Below are positions 19,799-33,898 of a stretch of DNA of 64,000 nucleotides, one piece after another (position 1 is the stretch's first letter; each line of letters opens with the position of its first letter). The notes under the pieces were generated by a model, which worked only from the letters and a program-made list of their open reading frames with translations, was not told the origin of the DNA and did no database searches. The stretch is from an uncultured Nitrososphaerota archaeon (GTDB lineage Archaea > Thermoproteota > Nitrososphaeria > Conexivisphaerales > DTJL01). The position numbers and the translations under genes were made by a program. The stretch covers positions 128,001 through 192,000 of the forward strand of contig CAWJIE010000005.1 in assembly GCA_963842885.1 (NCBI GenBank), read 5' to 3'.

Positions 19799-20332
19799 CT
19801 AGGGGCCCTTCTTGGACTTCCTGTAGAGCTCACCCAGGAGCTCCACGTACGGCCGGACCTCCATGAGGAAGTCGTCGAACGCCGCCCTCTCGAAGATAAG
19901 GTCTTGCTGCCCCTTGGCGTCAACGACCAGTCTCGAGAAGAGCACCACGCCGCCGCTTCGCTCGGGCTCCTTTTCGTTGAGCTTGGGGAAGTATATGAGT
20001 GCGCCGTAGCCGGTCTTCTTCTTACCCTTCCTGAAGACGAGGTTGTAGTACATCTGCAGGTTCTTCTTATACACTTGAAGTTGCTTGCGTCGGCTCTCGG
20101 AGCGCGCGACATCGTCGTAGTCCCCCTTGGTGAAGGCGTCCACGATCTCCCTGACGAGCTGGAGGTCCCCCATCTTCTTGGTGAACTGCTCGTAGCCGAT
20201 AGGCATGGAGAAGACCGTATCCAGGGCCTCGTCCCATTCGACGGCGCTGAACGGCTTGCTGAGCTCGAGCTTCATTTCCCCCTTCAGCTCGTTCTCCAGG
20301 ATCTCCTCCAGCTTGAAATTCTTCGATTTCAC
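19799..20332 (-). CDS. hypothetical protein
   Basis: Clean 177-aa ORF with host-like codon usage and upstream TTATATA box; no motif recognised. Confidence 0.75.
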   Translation of the reverse strand: MKSKNFKLEEILENELKGEMKLELSKPFSAVEWDEALDTVFSMPIGYEQFTKKMGDLQLVREIVDAFTKGDYDDVARSESRRKQLQVYKKNLQMYYNLVFRKGKKKTGYGALIYFPKLNEKEPERSGGVVLFSRLVVDAKGQQDLIFERAAFDDFLMEVRPYVELLGELYRKSKKGP

Positions 20333-20397
20333 AGATGGAAGTCCGATGCGGTTTGTATATAAGTTCTATCGCAGCCTTTGCTCCATACGGCGTTTGC

Positions 20398-20988
20398 CTA
20401 GGCTGACGCAAGGATCGAGTGGAAGGCGTCCAAGATATGAGCCGTCAACCCCCAGATCACACGCTCACCATGGACGAAGGCGGGGACTCCCCTGAGGACT
20501 GTCCCGGCCACCTCGATGTCCACTGCCTTCCTCTCAAGGGAGGCCAAGGGGGCCCAGAAGACCTCGGTCAATTCGCTCGAAGGTGTGAAGACGAACTTCC
20601 TGTCAGAGTAGGCAACGAATGGCGTAACACTTGTGCCAGGCCGATTACGAGGGTTGACCGTTTCCAGAAAGCCCAGCACTTCGGCCTTCTTGCAAATGTC
20701 GACGAAGGTCTCTTCGAAGAACTCCCTGCACGCCGTCTGCGCTAAGGTCGCGTCCACCTCCTTTGACCTGCCGCCGGGAAAGGCTATCTGGCCGGACCAG
20801 GGGTCTCGGGGGTCCTCCGCCCTCTTCGCGAAGAGTACTTCGACGGCGCCTCCATGGAGCGTGATGAGCATGACGACGGCAGCGTAATCCGGACCCAGGA
20901 AGCGAGGCGCATCGCTGACGGGGGACAGGCGAGCACGCAGAAGGGGAAGCAGCTCGGCCTTCGTGTAGCTCCTCGCCGTCCCTGACAT
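20398..20988 (-). CDS. Nudix hydrolase, CoA pyrophosphatase type
   Basis: WSGQIAFPGG...TACREFFEET Nudix box; IWGLT. Confidence 0.92.
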   Translation of the reverse strand: MSGTARSYTKAELLPLLRARLSPVSDAPRFLGPDYAAVVMLITLHGGAVEVLFAKRAEDPRDPWSGQIAFPGGRSKEVDATLAQTACREFFEETFVDICKKAEVLGFLETVNPRNRPGTSVTPFVAYSDRKFVFTPSSELTEVFWAPLASLERKAVDIEVAGTVLRGVPAFVHGERVIWGLTAHILDAFHSILASA

Positions 20989-21104
20989 GGGCGGGAATGC
21001 CCTGTGAGGAGAATAAAAGCGTTGAGGAAGGTGGAGCCCGCCCCCCAGATTAGAGAATACTCTTATCTTCCTACCTCAGAACCAGAGAAGGACGGCTGGA
21101 CGAC

Positions 21105-21572
21105 TTGAAGATTAGGGAGTTCAAGCTTGACGATTATGCCGCGGTCGCCAGGCTTTGGATGAAGGCTGGCTTGGGGTTCCGGCTGGGGGATGACCTCGAC
21201 TTTGTAAAGGTGAAGGTCAGCAGGGACCCCGACCTCTTCCTCGTCGCCGAGGAGGGAGGGCGCATCGTGGGCAGCGTGATGGGTGCATGGGACGGCCGGA
21301 GGGGCTGGATATACCACTTGGGGGTTCTCCCAGAAGCGAGGAGGAATGGGGTCGCCTCGAAGCTCATCGAGGAGCTGGAGGGCCGGATGAGGAAGAAGGG
21401 AGTGTCGAAGGTGAACGGGCTCGTGTACGGGTGGAACAGGGCCTCTCTGTCGTTCTTCACCAAGAGCGGCTACAACGTCCAGACCATGAAGGAGGTCGAG
21501 AAGCAGCTCGTCGTTTGGAAGCACAAGCTCGTCGCTCCCGAGAAGGGCAGGCGGGCCCCACGCAAACATTGA
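21105..21572 (+). CDS. GNAT acetyltransferase
   Basis: DGRRGWIYHLGVLPEARRNGVA. Confidence 0.92.
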   Translation: MKIREFKLDDYAAVARLWMKAGLGFRLGDDLDFVKVKVSRDPDLFLVAEEGGRIVGSVMGAWDGRRGWIYHLGVLPEARRNGVASKLIEELEGRMRKKGVSKVNGLVYGWNRASLSFFTKSGYNVQTMKEVEKQLVVWKHKLVAPEKGRRAPRKH

Positions 21573-21614
21573 CCCCGGCTGACGGCCGGGAGTTATGTAG
21601 ATAGGACCGGCCGT

Positions 21615-22712
21615 CTACTTCCCGCCGGGGAAGGGGACGCCGGTGTCAGCACCCAGCTGCCTGAGCATCTCCATCGTTTTCGCGTCCAGCGCCACCCCCG
21701 CCTTTCGCCTTACGTCTTCGGTGTAGAAGGACTTCTCGCCGGCGACGTAGATCTCCTCCGCGCCCGGGAGCTTCTCCGCCCCCTTGAGCTTGGCCAACAG
21801 CTGGTCCATCCTCGCCTTGAACTCCGGGAGGCCGATGAAGGCCTCGACGTTGATGGCGCCGAAGAAGTGGCCGACGTCGGCAGGAGTTGGGTCCCTGCGT
21901 CTCGCCCACCCCCGAGCTCCACTGGGCGCCGGTCAGTATGCCGGAGAAGATGTCCACGACCGCCCCAAGGCCGTAGCCCTTGTGGCCTCCGAGCACTTCG
22001 CCCAGGCCGCCCAGGGGAAGGAGAGACGCCCTTGGAGATCTTGTCGGGGTCGTCGGTCAGGTTCCCGTCCGCGTCTATCCCCCATCCGATGGGGACCTTC
22101 TTGCCGATGCGCTTCGCCACCTCCATCTTGCCGATCGGGGCTACGCTGGTGGCCATGTCCAGGACGAAACCCCTCCCCCCTGTGGGGACGGCTACGCAGA
22201 TCGGGTTGGTGCCGACCAGCTTCTGCTTTGAGAAGGTGTGGGCTACGAGTGGGCGCGTGTTCGTCATGACCAGCCCGATGAGGTCCTGCTCAAGGGCCAT
22301 CAGGCCGTAGAAGCCAGCGATGCCGAAGTGGTTGCTGTTCCTGACGCCCACCAGCCCGACGTAGTTCCCCTTTGCCTTTTCGATGGCCATGTTCATGGCT
22401 CTGTACGACACTACCTGGCCGAGGCCCGAGTCGCCGTCCAGGAGGGCGGTCACCGGAGACTGGCGGATGACCTTGATGTCGGGGTGGACCTTCACCACTC
22501 CGTTCTTGATGCCGTCGGTGTAGCGTTTGAGCCTGGCTACGCCATGCGACTCTATCCCCCTGAGATCGGCCTTCACCAGGTTCTGTGCGGTGATGGAGGC
22601 GTCCTCTCGGGGGACACCCAGCTTGACCAGGACATCAATCACGAAGTCCTGTCAGGACGGCATGATCTACCCGCGAATACATCCCTTCGACCAGTTCGCC
22701 TTTTTCGCGCAT
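21615..22712 (-). CDS. Ldh_2-family oxidoreductase (malate/sulfolactate dehydrogenase type), frameshifted
   Basis: GIESHG, NSNHFG, GTNP, LDMATS, GGHKGYGL, PGAEEIYVAGE spread over several frames; probable start ATG 22712. Confidence 0.88.
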
Positions 22713-22937
22713 TGCGACTGAAAGGTCCTATGAATGACGTATAAGACTTGCTGTGTCTTCCCATCGGCCGAGGCGGAGGACCGTCTAGAGGATCTTCTTG
22801 CTCATGAGGAAGGTGAACCCGGAACCCTGAGACAAGAACATCACGTCGACGGCCTGTATGCGAGGGAGAGGAGAAGCGAAACCACGGCCGAAGAGCGGCA
22901 CAGGGGCCCGAGAGTCACCAAGCTCTCAGCCCCCGAT

Positions 22938-23507
22938 TTACTGTTTCTTCGTCCAGAGTGGCGTGCGGCTGTCGGACAGCTCACCGCCGATGTGGACCTG
23001 GTCTATGTGCTTTGAGAGGCTTTCCGGGCTCTCCAGGAGCGACGCGCAGAAGGGGCAGACCATCCCCTGCCCTTCGTGGTTCACCGGGAGCGGGAGCACG
23101 GCTTGGCTTCCCTGGCCCGTGAACCCCCATCTTGTCATGAGTCCGAACACAGAGCCGTCTGCGTTGACGAGCACGAGGCGGCGCGTCCCCCTCGATGCCA
23201 TGAGATTCAGTGCCTCGGAGAGGTTGCGGCTCTTGGAGAGAGTGATGAGAGGCTTCGACATCACCTCGCCCACCGCGACGCTGCGCGGATCGCGCCCCGT
23301 CGCTACGATCCTGTAACAGAGATCCCTTTCGGTGATTATCCCCACAGGAAGTCCGCCCTCGGTAACTATCACGCTATCATTGCCCGAGTCCTTCATCTTC
23401 GTGGCTGCCTCCTTGACCGAAGCCCCCGAGTCAAGGTAGATGATGTCCTTCTGGACGAAGTCGGAGGACGGGCTGGACAGCAGCTCGGAAAGCGCTTTCG
23501 GGTCCAC
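22938..23507 (-). CDS. CBS-pair protein with C-terminal C2H2 zinc finger
   Basis: VGIITERD, VMSKPLIT; CPFC...HIDQVH. Confidence 0.88.
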   Translation of the reverse strand: MDPKALSELLSSPSSDFVQKDIIYLDSGASVKEAATKMKDSGNDSVIVTEGGLPVGIITERDLCYRIVATGRDPRSVAVGEVMSKPLITLSKSRNLSEALNLMASRGTRRLVLVNADGSVFGLMTRWGFTGQGSQAVLPLPVNHEGQGMVCPFCASLLESPESLSKHIDQVHIGGELSDSRTPLWTKKQ

Positions 23508-23720
23508 TTCGAATCTCCGAGGAAGAGTCGGGGCTGGAACTTAAAAACCATTGGGGCTTGTCGCAGGGACGGGCACATCCTGGAGGTCCTGCGAAGGAGG
23601 CCCCTGTTCGGGCGCATGGTCGGGTCCCTGCCCACCTTGACGGGCACGACTAAGCAAAGTCTTTCATCAAAGGAGAAGCATTAGGCATAAATATTACAAC
23701 CCTGAGTATGGAGAGAGAAC

Positions 23721-26613
<2,893 letters not shown>

Positions 26614-26658
26614 AGAGGTTTATTCCTTATATATCCCGCCGGGCGGTCACGGTCTCGT

Positions 26659-27915
26659 ATGACCGCCTCCTTGAACTACCCGAAGAACCCTCTGTTGGAG
26701 CTATCCGAGGAGGAGCTTATCTTCAGGGAGTCCGTCCGCTCCTTTGCCCAGAAGAACATCGCTCCTCAGTGGGAGAAGGCGGACGACGAAGCCGCGGCCT
26801 CTCACAAGCCGATGACGGAGATCGCCAAGAAGATGGGAGAGCAGGGCCTCCTGGGTCTGACATGCAGCCCCGATTTCGGAGGGCAGGGAGGGAGCCAGAC
26901 CATGGCCACCATCGCGATAGAGGAGCTCGCTTACGCAGACCCCTCCGTGGCCACGGCAGTCTATGCGCTGCTCAACATCGGCTGGCCATTCATCCTCGAG
27001 AAACACGCCAACCCAGAGGTGGCGAAGAAGGTGATTGGAGAGGTGGCCAAGGGCGACGCTTTCTTCGGCATCGCGTCGACCGAATCGCAGAGCGGGTCGG
27101 ATATCCAGGGGTTGAAGACGAAGGCGACCCCCACCGGCGGTCGATACATCGCCTCGGGGGAGAAGACCTTCATCAGCGGCGTGAACGAAGTGTTCAACCT
27201 GCCATTCGGAGGTGGGTGGCTGCTGGTGGCGAGGACGGGCGGCACGGGCCACCGCGGCCTTTCGACCTTCGCCTTCCTTCCCAGGGAGAAGGGCGAGAGC
27301 AAGGAAGGTGTGTCTTGGTCGCTATTCGACGGGATAGGGCGCCACGCCCTTAGCACCGGGACCCTCGCGCTGGACAACTTCGAGTTAGCCAAGGACGACC
27401 TGGTCGGTGAGGAGAACAGGGGGTTCTACGTGCTCATGGAGGGATTCAACGGCGCGCGCATTCTCGTCGCTGCGGCGTGCATTGGAGCCACCCGATGGCT
27501 CCTCGACAAGGGGGCCGAATGGATAAAGGCAAGGGAGGTCGGAGGAAGGAAGATCTCGTCGTACCAAGGGGTCAACTTTCGCTTCGCCGAGCTGTTCGGA
27601 AAGTACGAGGCTTCGACGATGATGGTGTACAGAGCGGCTCGGCTCTTCGACAGGATCTATTTCCAGAAGGACAGGAGGTACGAGCCCAGGGACCTGAACG
27701 TCCCCGTGGCGATGGCGAAGATGTGGGCTCCGGAGGTGTCGGTCGAAGTGGCTCAAGAGGTGATGAGATGGCACGGCGCCATCTCCTACACCAAAGAGCA
27801 CCCCTTGCAGCGGGCCCTTCTGGGACTGACCTCCTACGTAATCGGGGCCGAAGGGGCTCAGAACGTGATGAAGCACATCGCCGCCAGGGACCTCCTGGGC
27901 GGGGAGTTCGTCTAG
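26659..27915 (+). CDS. acyl-CoA dehydrogenase
   Basis: TESQSGSD, GEKTFISG, GEENRGF, YQGVNFRFA. Confidence 0.93.
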   Translation: MTASLNYPKNPLLELSEEELIFRESVRSFAQKNIAPQWEKADDEAAASHKPMTEIAKKMGEQGLLGLTCSPDFGGQGGSQTMATIAIEELAYADPSVATAVYALLNIGWPFILEKHANPEVAKKVIGEVAKGDAFFGIASTESQSGSDIQGLKTKATPTGGRYIASGEKTFISGVNEVFNLPFGGGWLLVARTGGTGHRGLSTFAFLPREKGESKEGVSWSLFDGIGRHALSTGTLALDNFELAKDDLVGEENRGFYVLMEGFNGARILVAAACIGATRWLLDKGAEWIKAREVGGRKISSYQGVNFRFAELFGKYEASTMMVYRAARLFDRIYFQKDRRYEPRDLNVPVAMAKMWAPEVSVEVAQEVMRWHGAISYTKEHPLQRALLGLTSYVIGAEGAQNVMKHIAARDLLGGEFV

Positions 27916-29484
27916 GGGTACACCGACTGGCACTGCTCCCGCATGAACTGCGAGAGGTAGTAGATCCCCCCAGCGCCCTTCCCGGTGGAGCCGCTGTGCT
28001 TCCAGCCCTACGAACGCCTGCACGCCCACCATCGCCCCCGTCGTAGCGCCGACGGACCTGTTCCAGTAGACGACCCCGGCCTGAACAGCGTCGAAGTAGC
28101 GCTGGGCCTCCTGGGGGTCTTCCGTGAATATCCCGCCGGTGAGTCCGTATTCGACTTCGTTGGCGACGCTGAGCGCCTCATCGAGGTCCTCCACCTCTAT
28201 GACGGAGAGCACCGGGACGAAGAGCTCCTCCAACTCGATCCTGTGGCCTCTGGGGATGCCGTCTACGATGGTCGGGGCGACATAGTTGCCGTGCGCGAAC
28301 TCGCCCTCTCTGAGCACCTTTCCGCCGCACAGTATCTTGCAGTCCTTCGACGCGTCGGCAACCGCGCCAGTGTATTTCGCCAGAGCCGCCTTGTTGATGA
28401 CGGGCCCCATGAAGACCTCCTTCCTCGTCGGATCGCCGACGACGCACTTCTCAGTGCGCGCGACGAGCTTTTCGACGAACTCCCTATGGATTGCCTTGAA
28501 GACTATGACCCTGCTGGTGGCGCTGCACTTCTGTCCGCCGAACCCGAATGCACCCCTGAAAACTCCCTCGACCGCTTTGTTCAGGTCGGCCTTGGAAGTC
28601 ACGATGGCGGCGTTCTTTCCTCCCATCTCTGCGATGAAGGGCTTCGGGCCCTTCGAGCTGAACTGGAGGTATCCCTTCGCGCCGACGTCGTAGGAGCCTG
28701 TGAAGGCGATCCCCTTGACCTTGGGGTTGCCCAGGATCGCGTCGCCTACCGTGCCGCCCGGTCCCGTGACCAGGTTCAGGACGCCAGGGGGTAGGCCTGA
28801 GTCGGCGAGGATTCTGTAGAACTCGACGGCGACGAGGGGAGCGTCACTGGACGGCTTGAGGGCGGCGGTGTTGCCCGTGATGAGGGCCCCCGACGTCATG
28901 CCGACGGTTATGGCCAAGGGGAAGTTGAACGGGGAGACGACGCCCCAGACGCCGTAGGGCTTGAGCATGCTCTTCACCTTCTCCCCTTCGTAGACGCTCT
29001 TCATCCTGTGTACGAAGCCCTTGTTCCTCTGCATCTCGCTGGCGTAGTATCGAAGGTAGTCGATGGCCTCGTCGACGTCGCCGACAGACTCTGCCCTGGT
29101 CTTGCCGTTTTCGATAGACATCAGGGCCGAAAGGAAGAACTTCCGGCTCGCCATGATGTTGGCTGCCTTGTAGAAGATCTGGACGCGCTTCCTGTAGTCC
29201 AGCCTGGACCAAGCCTCGAAAGCCCTGTCGGCCGCATCCACGGCGGCGTCCGCATCCTTCCTCTCTCCCTTCTGGAGGTAGGCGAGGACCTTCCTGTCGT
29301 CGGCAGGGGAGAACTTCGCGAACTCCTCCTTCGCCCTCACCTCCTTCCCGCCGATGTACAGAGGGACGTGCCGCCCGAGGTTCCCCTCGACTTCATGAAG
29401 GGCCGTCTCGAAAAGATCGTGAAATTCCTTCTCACGTCCTTGCCGGCTCAAGCGGAGCCAAGTCGCTTCGCTCCTGAATGGCAT
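27912..29484 (-). CDS. aldehyde dehydrogenase, delta-1-pyrroline-5-carboxylate dehydrogenase-like; frameshift near 28010
   Basis: SPFNFP, FTGS, EMGGKN, GQKCSA, EELFVP; true C-terminus GWKHSGSTGKGAGGIYYLSQFMREQ in adjacent frame. Confidence 0.9.
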
Positions 29485-29658
29485 GTTGGGATGAACACCT
29501 AGCCCGAAGAAGGGTTGTTCTGGGATAATAAATCTAGTTCCGGATTGCAGGGAATCGCCAGAGCGGGGAAGATGGAGGAGTGAGCAAGAGGAGGGTTCGA
29601 GGAGCCGCGGTCCTCGCAAACGGATTTAACAGGCAGCGGAGGACCACTCAGATGATGA

Positions 29659-31490
29659 ATGAAGAGGGGAGATGCCGTCCTGAAGGCGGAGGCCCATGAT
29701 GACGAAGGGCTCGGCAAGGCTCTGGGAGTGGACCTGTCTCAACTGGACGATTCTCAGCAGGCGGGATCTCCTGGAAAGGCTGAAAGCCGCCGATGCCTCG
29801 GGGGTCGCTTCCCTCCTGAGGACTCGACAGGAAGAAGGGTCTTGAGCTGGTCAGGAAGTACGGCGAAGCCGAGGGGAGGGTGGCCGAAAGGGCCGCCCTG
29901 AAGACGCCCGACGCCAGGAAGCTGGGGAGGGAGCTTCTTTCGCTATTCTCGGAACTCGCTTCCTGTGAGCTTTCCAAGGCCGGTTTCCAGGTCACGACCC
30001 CCACGCTCGACGCGAAACTAATCCAAAAGAGGCTTTCCCTGGGCCCGGCGGCGCGAGGGATCCATGACTCCTTGAACGACAAGGGGAAGCTCGAGGGCTC
30101 TCTCAGGCTCCTCAAGGACGCGGCTTTTGAGAAGCCGAAGCAGGGAGAGTCGGGCATTTCCAGCTATTTCCTGGCCCGCCGTCGATTCCTGAGGATAGCG
30201 ACGTCGTTCTTCGAAGGCTTCGGCGACGTCAACGAGGTCCAAGCGTTCCTCTCTCCCATCGACCGCACGGCGCTCGCGGCTCTTTCGCACATCATGGAGG
30301 AGATGGGCGGAGGGGCAATGGAGGACGCCGACGCAGTCCTGGGCGACGCGGAGGTCGTCATCAACGAAGAGCTCAGGAAGGGCCGCGGCGATGCCGAATC
30401 TGCCAGAAGGGCGGTGGAGGGAAGGATTGATGAAGTGGTTTCCGCGCTCGGGATGAACGCGGCGGAGGAGGAGGGGCTGAGGCGCGCCGCGATGGAGGGT
30501 CTGCGCATCCCCTTCGAGTTCGAGAAGGGCACGCTCAACGAGGTCCTACGGCACTGGCGGAAGAGGCAGGAGGAGGAGAGGGCGAAGAGGACGGCGAGGG
30601 TGGAGGCGGCGCTGGGGCAGCACCTGGACTTGATCGACCTGGTCGTCTCGAAGCTGCTGGAGCTGGACAGGGCTCTGGCGATAGCTTCTGCGATGCGGCG
30701 CTACTCCCTGGTCGTGCCCGAGCTGGGCGTTCAGGGGGAAGGCTTCGTAAACGGCCGTAACCCATTCCTCCTCAGAGACTCGACAGAGAGGAAGGAGAGG
30801 GAGGTGCATCCGGTGAGCTACAGCCTGGGGAAGACCCAAAGCATCCAGGTTGCAAAGGCGAGGAACGTGGCGGTCCTCACTGGGGCGAATAGCGGAGGCA
30901 AGACCACCCTGTTGACCACATTGGCGTCCGTCCACATACTCACCCTCTACGGATTGCCAGTTCCCTGCGATAGGGCCGAGGTGGTCCCGGTCCCGATCTA
31001 CCTGTTCCGAAGGAGGGTGACTCGGAGGATCGGCAGCCTTGAGCACGCCCTTGGTTCGCTGATCCCGGTGTTCGGAGACCGGCGTCGGAAGCTGGTCCTG
31101 ATCGACGAATTCGAGGCGCTCACGGAACCCGGAGCTGCCGGGCGCATAATGGCGGCTGTGCTGAACGAGGCCGCCTCGAGTAGCAGCCTGGTCCTGGTGG
31201 TCACGCATCTGGCTCGCGAAACGCTCCCACATGTGAGGCTCCCCATAAGGGTCGATGGGATAGAAGCGAAGGGGCTTGATTCCAAGGGAGACCTCGTGGT
31301 TGACCGTCAGCCCGTCTTCGGCCACATCGGCTCCAGCATGCCCAAGCTGATAATCATGAAGCTGTCCAGGTCGACGAAGAACAGGAGGGTGAAGGCTCTC
31401 TACGAAGAGATACTTGCTTCAATCAAGGAGGAGAAGGCACAGGTGCAGGCGCCCATAGCCATCCCCTGGGCGCGAAGTGAGGAGGAATGA
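29659..31490 (+). CDS. MutS domain-V ATPase (archaeal MutS5-like), N-terminus frameshifted
   Basis: TGANSGGKT Walker A, LIDEFEALTEPGAA Walker B, VTHL; upstream pieces join via frameshifts near 29760 and 29820. Confidence 0.85.
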
Positions 31491-31868
31491 CGTCCCCTCA
31501 TTCGGACTTGAAGGGGCCTATACCGAAAAAGGGTTGGGCAATTGGGCCCAATTAGGTACCCCAGCCAGGTCCCAAAATCTGTTGCGGTCGTAAAGTGCCA
31601 TATCCTCACTATGCCTTGGGACGACATCTTTCTCACTTGATCATCTTTAAGTTATTGAGAACAATAGGTTAATTGAATGGGGAAAGGGTCGCCCCGCGCT
31701 GGCCCTCATTTTATCTTGGCGATGATCTGTTGCAACTCAGACTAGGCTGTCAGCCAGAGGTTCCTTTCTATCGGCCTTTGAGACACAGTCCTCCACCAAA
31801 TCATCGACTATGACTTGAATGACACTGTCGAGTGCTGACCTGCTGAAGCGGCTCGCCTGGCTTTCCAA

Positions 31869-33167
31869 TCAATCATGAGGAGGAGGCGTGCCCGCCTGCT
31901 GGGTCGTCGAGACCACGGGGACCAGGATAGCGCAGCCCGCCAAGCAGACGGCCGCCAACACGAAGGTCGCGAGGAACCCGAAGTAGAACGAGACATAACC
32001 AGAGACGAACGAACCTATCATCGTCGCGACGCCGACGAGCGCGCTGTACACTCCGAGCCTCGACCCCTGGTTCTTCGCCCCGAGGGTATTGAAGATCATC
32101 GTGTTGGAGGATGTGTAGTAGACCGCAAAGGCCAGGCCTGTTGCAATCGTGTAGAACAGAAGCGTCCCTCCGAGGTAGGAGAGCCCGCTGGTGAGGACGG
32201 CGATGGCGCCGATGGCCGCGTAGCAGCCGGACCTGAGAAGGAGGCCCGCGACGGAGGACTTCCTCAGGTCTCGCTTCTCCACGTAAGGTCCGGCGAAGTA
32301 GAACGAAGCGGTCTGGACGGCCACCCCCATCATGGAGACGAGGAAGACCTCGCTGGCGCTGAGGCCCGCCGCGCTCAGGGAGGGGACGAAGGAGGTGTTG
32401 AAAAGCCCGCCTGCCACGTAGAACACGAAGACGGAGAGGTAGAGAAGGGGAAGCTGCCTGGTCAACGCGCCCCTGAGTCCTTTGAAGACGGACTTGAAGT
32501 CGACCAGGCTCGGGATTCGGAGGAAGAGCAGCGGGAGCACTAGGAGTCTCTGCTGAAGGCTGCGCTTCTGCAGGACGATGAACTCACGCTCGAACGAGAA
32601 CGAGGGCTCCCTTATCATCACGAGCGAGAGGAGCGCGGAGGCCAGGGAGAGCACAGAGAGGGGGAGGACGAGGAGTGAGACTGGGAGGAAGTTGGACCAT
32701 GCTATGCCCAGCACCAGGCCCAAGGTCGTCCCGACGGCCGAGACCATAGAGAACCTCGCAAAGGCGGACGCCCAACGAGACTTCTGTTGAGTCTCCATGA
32801 TAAGGAGGTTCGCCGGCGTCGCAGAGGCGGAAGAGACCAGTGAGAAGAGCGCGTAGGTCATGGCAACTCCGGATATGCTTTTGGCCAGTGGGAGGATGAT
32901 GAGGTTCCCCGAGATTGCCACAGAACTCAGGACAATTATGGTCTTCCTGCTCTGAAAGCGGTCCGTGACGAAGCCCCATATCAGCGCGGCGGGGATGCTG
33001 ACTGCGTTGAAGAGTGTAATCGCGAGGCCGACATCGATGACCGTGCCGTGGAGTTCGAGGATGTAGAGCTGGATCAGGGTGCTGACCGGCCCCGCCGCGA
33101 TGCCGACCGGGAGCAGCGAGTAGAACCAGCGCATCCCCGCTTCTTCCTTCGTCCCTCCGACGGTCAT
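31869..33167 (-). CDS. MFS transporter
   Basis: About 12 TM helices; WGFVTDRFQSRK motif A; start may be ATG 33134. Confidence 0.9.
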   Translation of the reverse strand: MTVGGTKEEAGMRWFYSLLPVGIAAGPVSTLIQLYILELHGTVIDVGLAITLFNAVSIPAALIWGFVTDRFQSRKTIIVLSSVAISGNLIILPLAKSISGVAMTYALFSLVSSASATPANLLIMETQQKSRWASAFARFSMVSAVGTTLGLVLGIAWSNFLPVSLLVLPLSVLSLASALLSLVMIREPSFSFEREFIVLQKRSLQQRLLVLPLLFLRIPSLVDFKSVFKGLRGALTRQLPLLYLSVFVFYVAGGLFNTSFVPSLSAAGLSASEVFLVSMMGVAVQTASFYFAGPYVEKRDLRKSSVAGLLLRSGCYAAIGAIAVLTSGLSYLGGTLLFYTIATGLAFAVYYTSSNTMIFNTLGAKNQGSRLGVYSALVGVATMIGSFVSGYVSFYFGFLATFVLAAVCLAGCAILVPVVSTTQQAGTPPPHD

Positions 33168-33473
33168 TTGAATCTGTCCCGGGCTTCCGGAAGGCTCATC
33201 TTCCCGACCTGACGCTTCGTCCCCAAGAGGCCACCCTCATGGCCAGGCTGAACGGGGAGAGAATCGCCTACGCATCCGAGTTCTACGTCCCCCGTGAGCT
33301 TGCTGATAGCCTGTTCAATCCCCAATTTGAGTCGATAGAAGATGATACAGGCCAGACGAAGTTGGTTAGGGGTCCGCTCCATAGCCTCATCCGTTCTCCC
33401 ATGCCGTCGTAGTCAGCGTATTTATGCTGGATGGGCACTCAAATACATCCGAAAGTGAGCTGTTAGCTTGAAG

Positions 33474-33596
33474 ATGCTCAGAGAAAGGCACGATTCCCAG
33501 GACATCGTAGAAGAGGCTGAACTCAGGCGGCATCTGAACGATGGCTGGCAGTTCGTCAGCACGTTGTCCAGCGGGAAGGTCTTGATCCGCAATTAG
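33474..33596 (+). CDS. 40-aa micro-protein resembling the C-terminal motif of archaeal tyrosine integrases (DUF4177-like)
   Basis: MLRERHDSQDIVEEAELRRHLNDGWQFVSTLSSGKVLIRN*; below ORF-track cutoff. Confidence 0.55.
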   Translation: MLRERHDSQDIVEEAELRRHLNDGWQFVSTLSSGKVLIRN

Positions 33597-33898
33597 CGCT
33601 TCTGTCCCTGCCGCGATGCAGCAGTTCATCGACCAATTCGGGCGGATTCGTGGCTACGTCGGTACTAGATTGGCCCTCTCAATCGACTTGGTGCCTAGGT
33701 TCTAACTTGCCGGTCGGCGAGGCAGATGGAACGTCTGTGCAAATGAGGATGCACGGTATTCTTGGACTTCTATTCCTGCTGGAAGAGGAATTAATATCAT
33801 CAACCACCAATCCTGGACGTGGGCTTGGACCTGCGAGAATGGGGCATGCCAAGCGACAATCGCTAGCTCGGTTCGGGAATAATGTCACCGGTGGGAGA

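Noticed and set aside
27385-29619. 744-aa ALDH fusion protein
   Set aside because: N- and C-terminal extensions come from an upstream in-frame start and a frameshift reading antisense into the acyl-CoA dehydrogenase
31500-31868. tRNA or box C/D sRNA in the long intergenic gap
   Set aside because: No cloverleaf or T-loop; CTGA boxes present but no convincing RTGATGA box C at proper spacing
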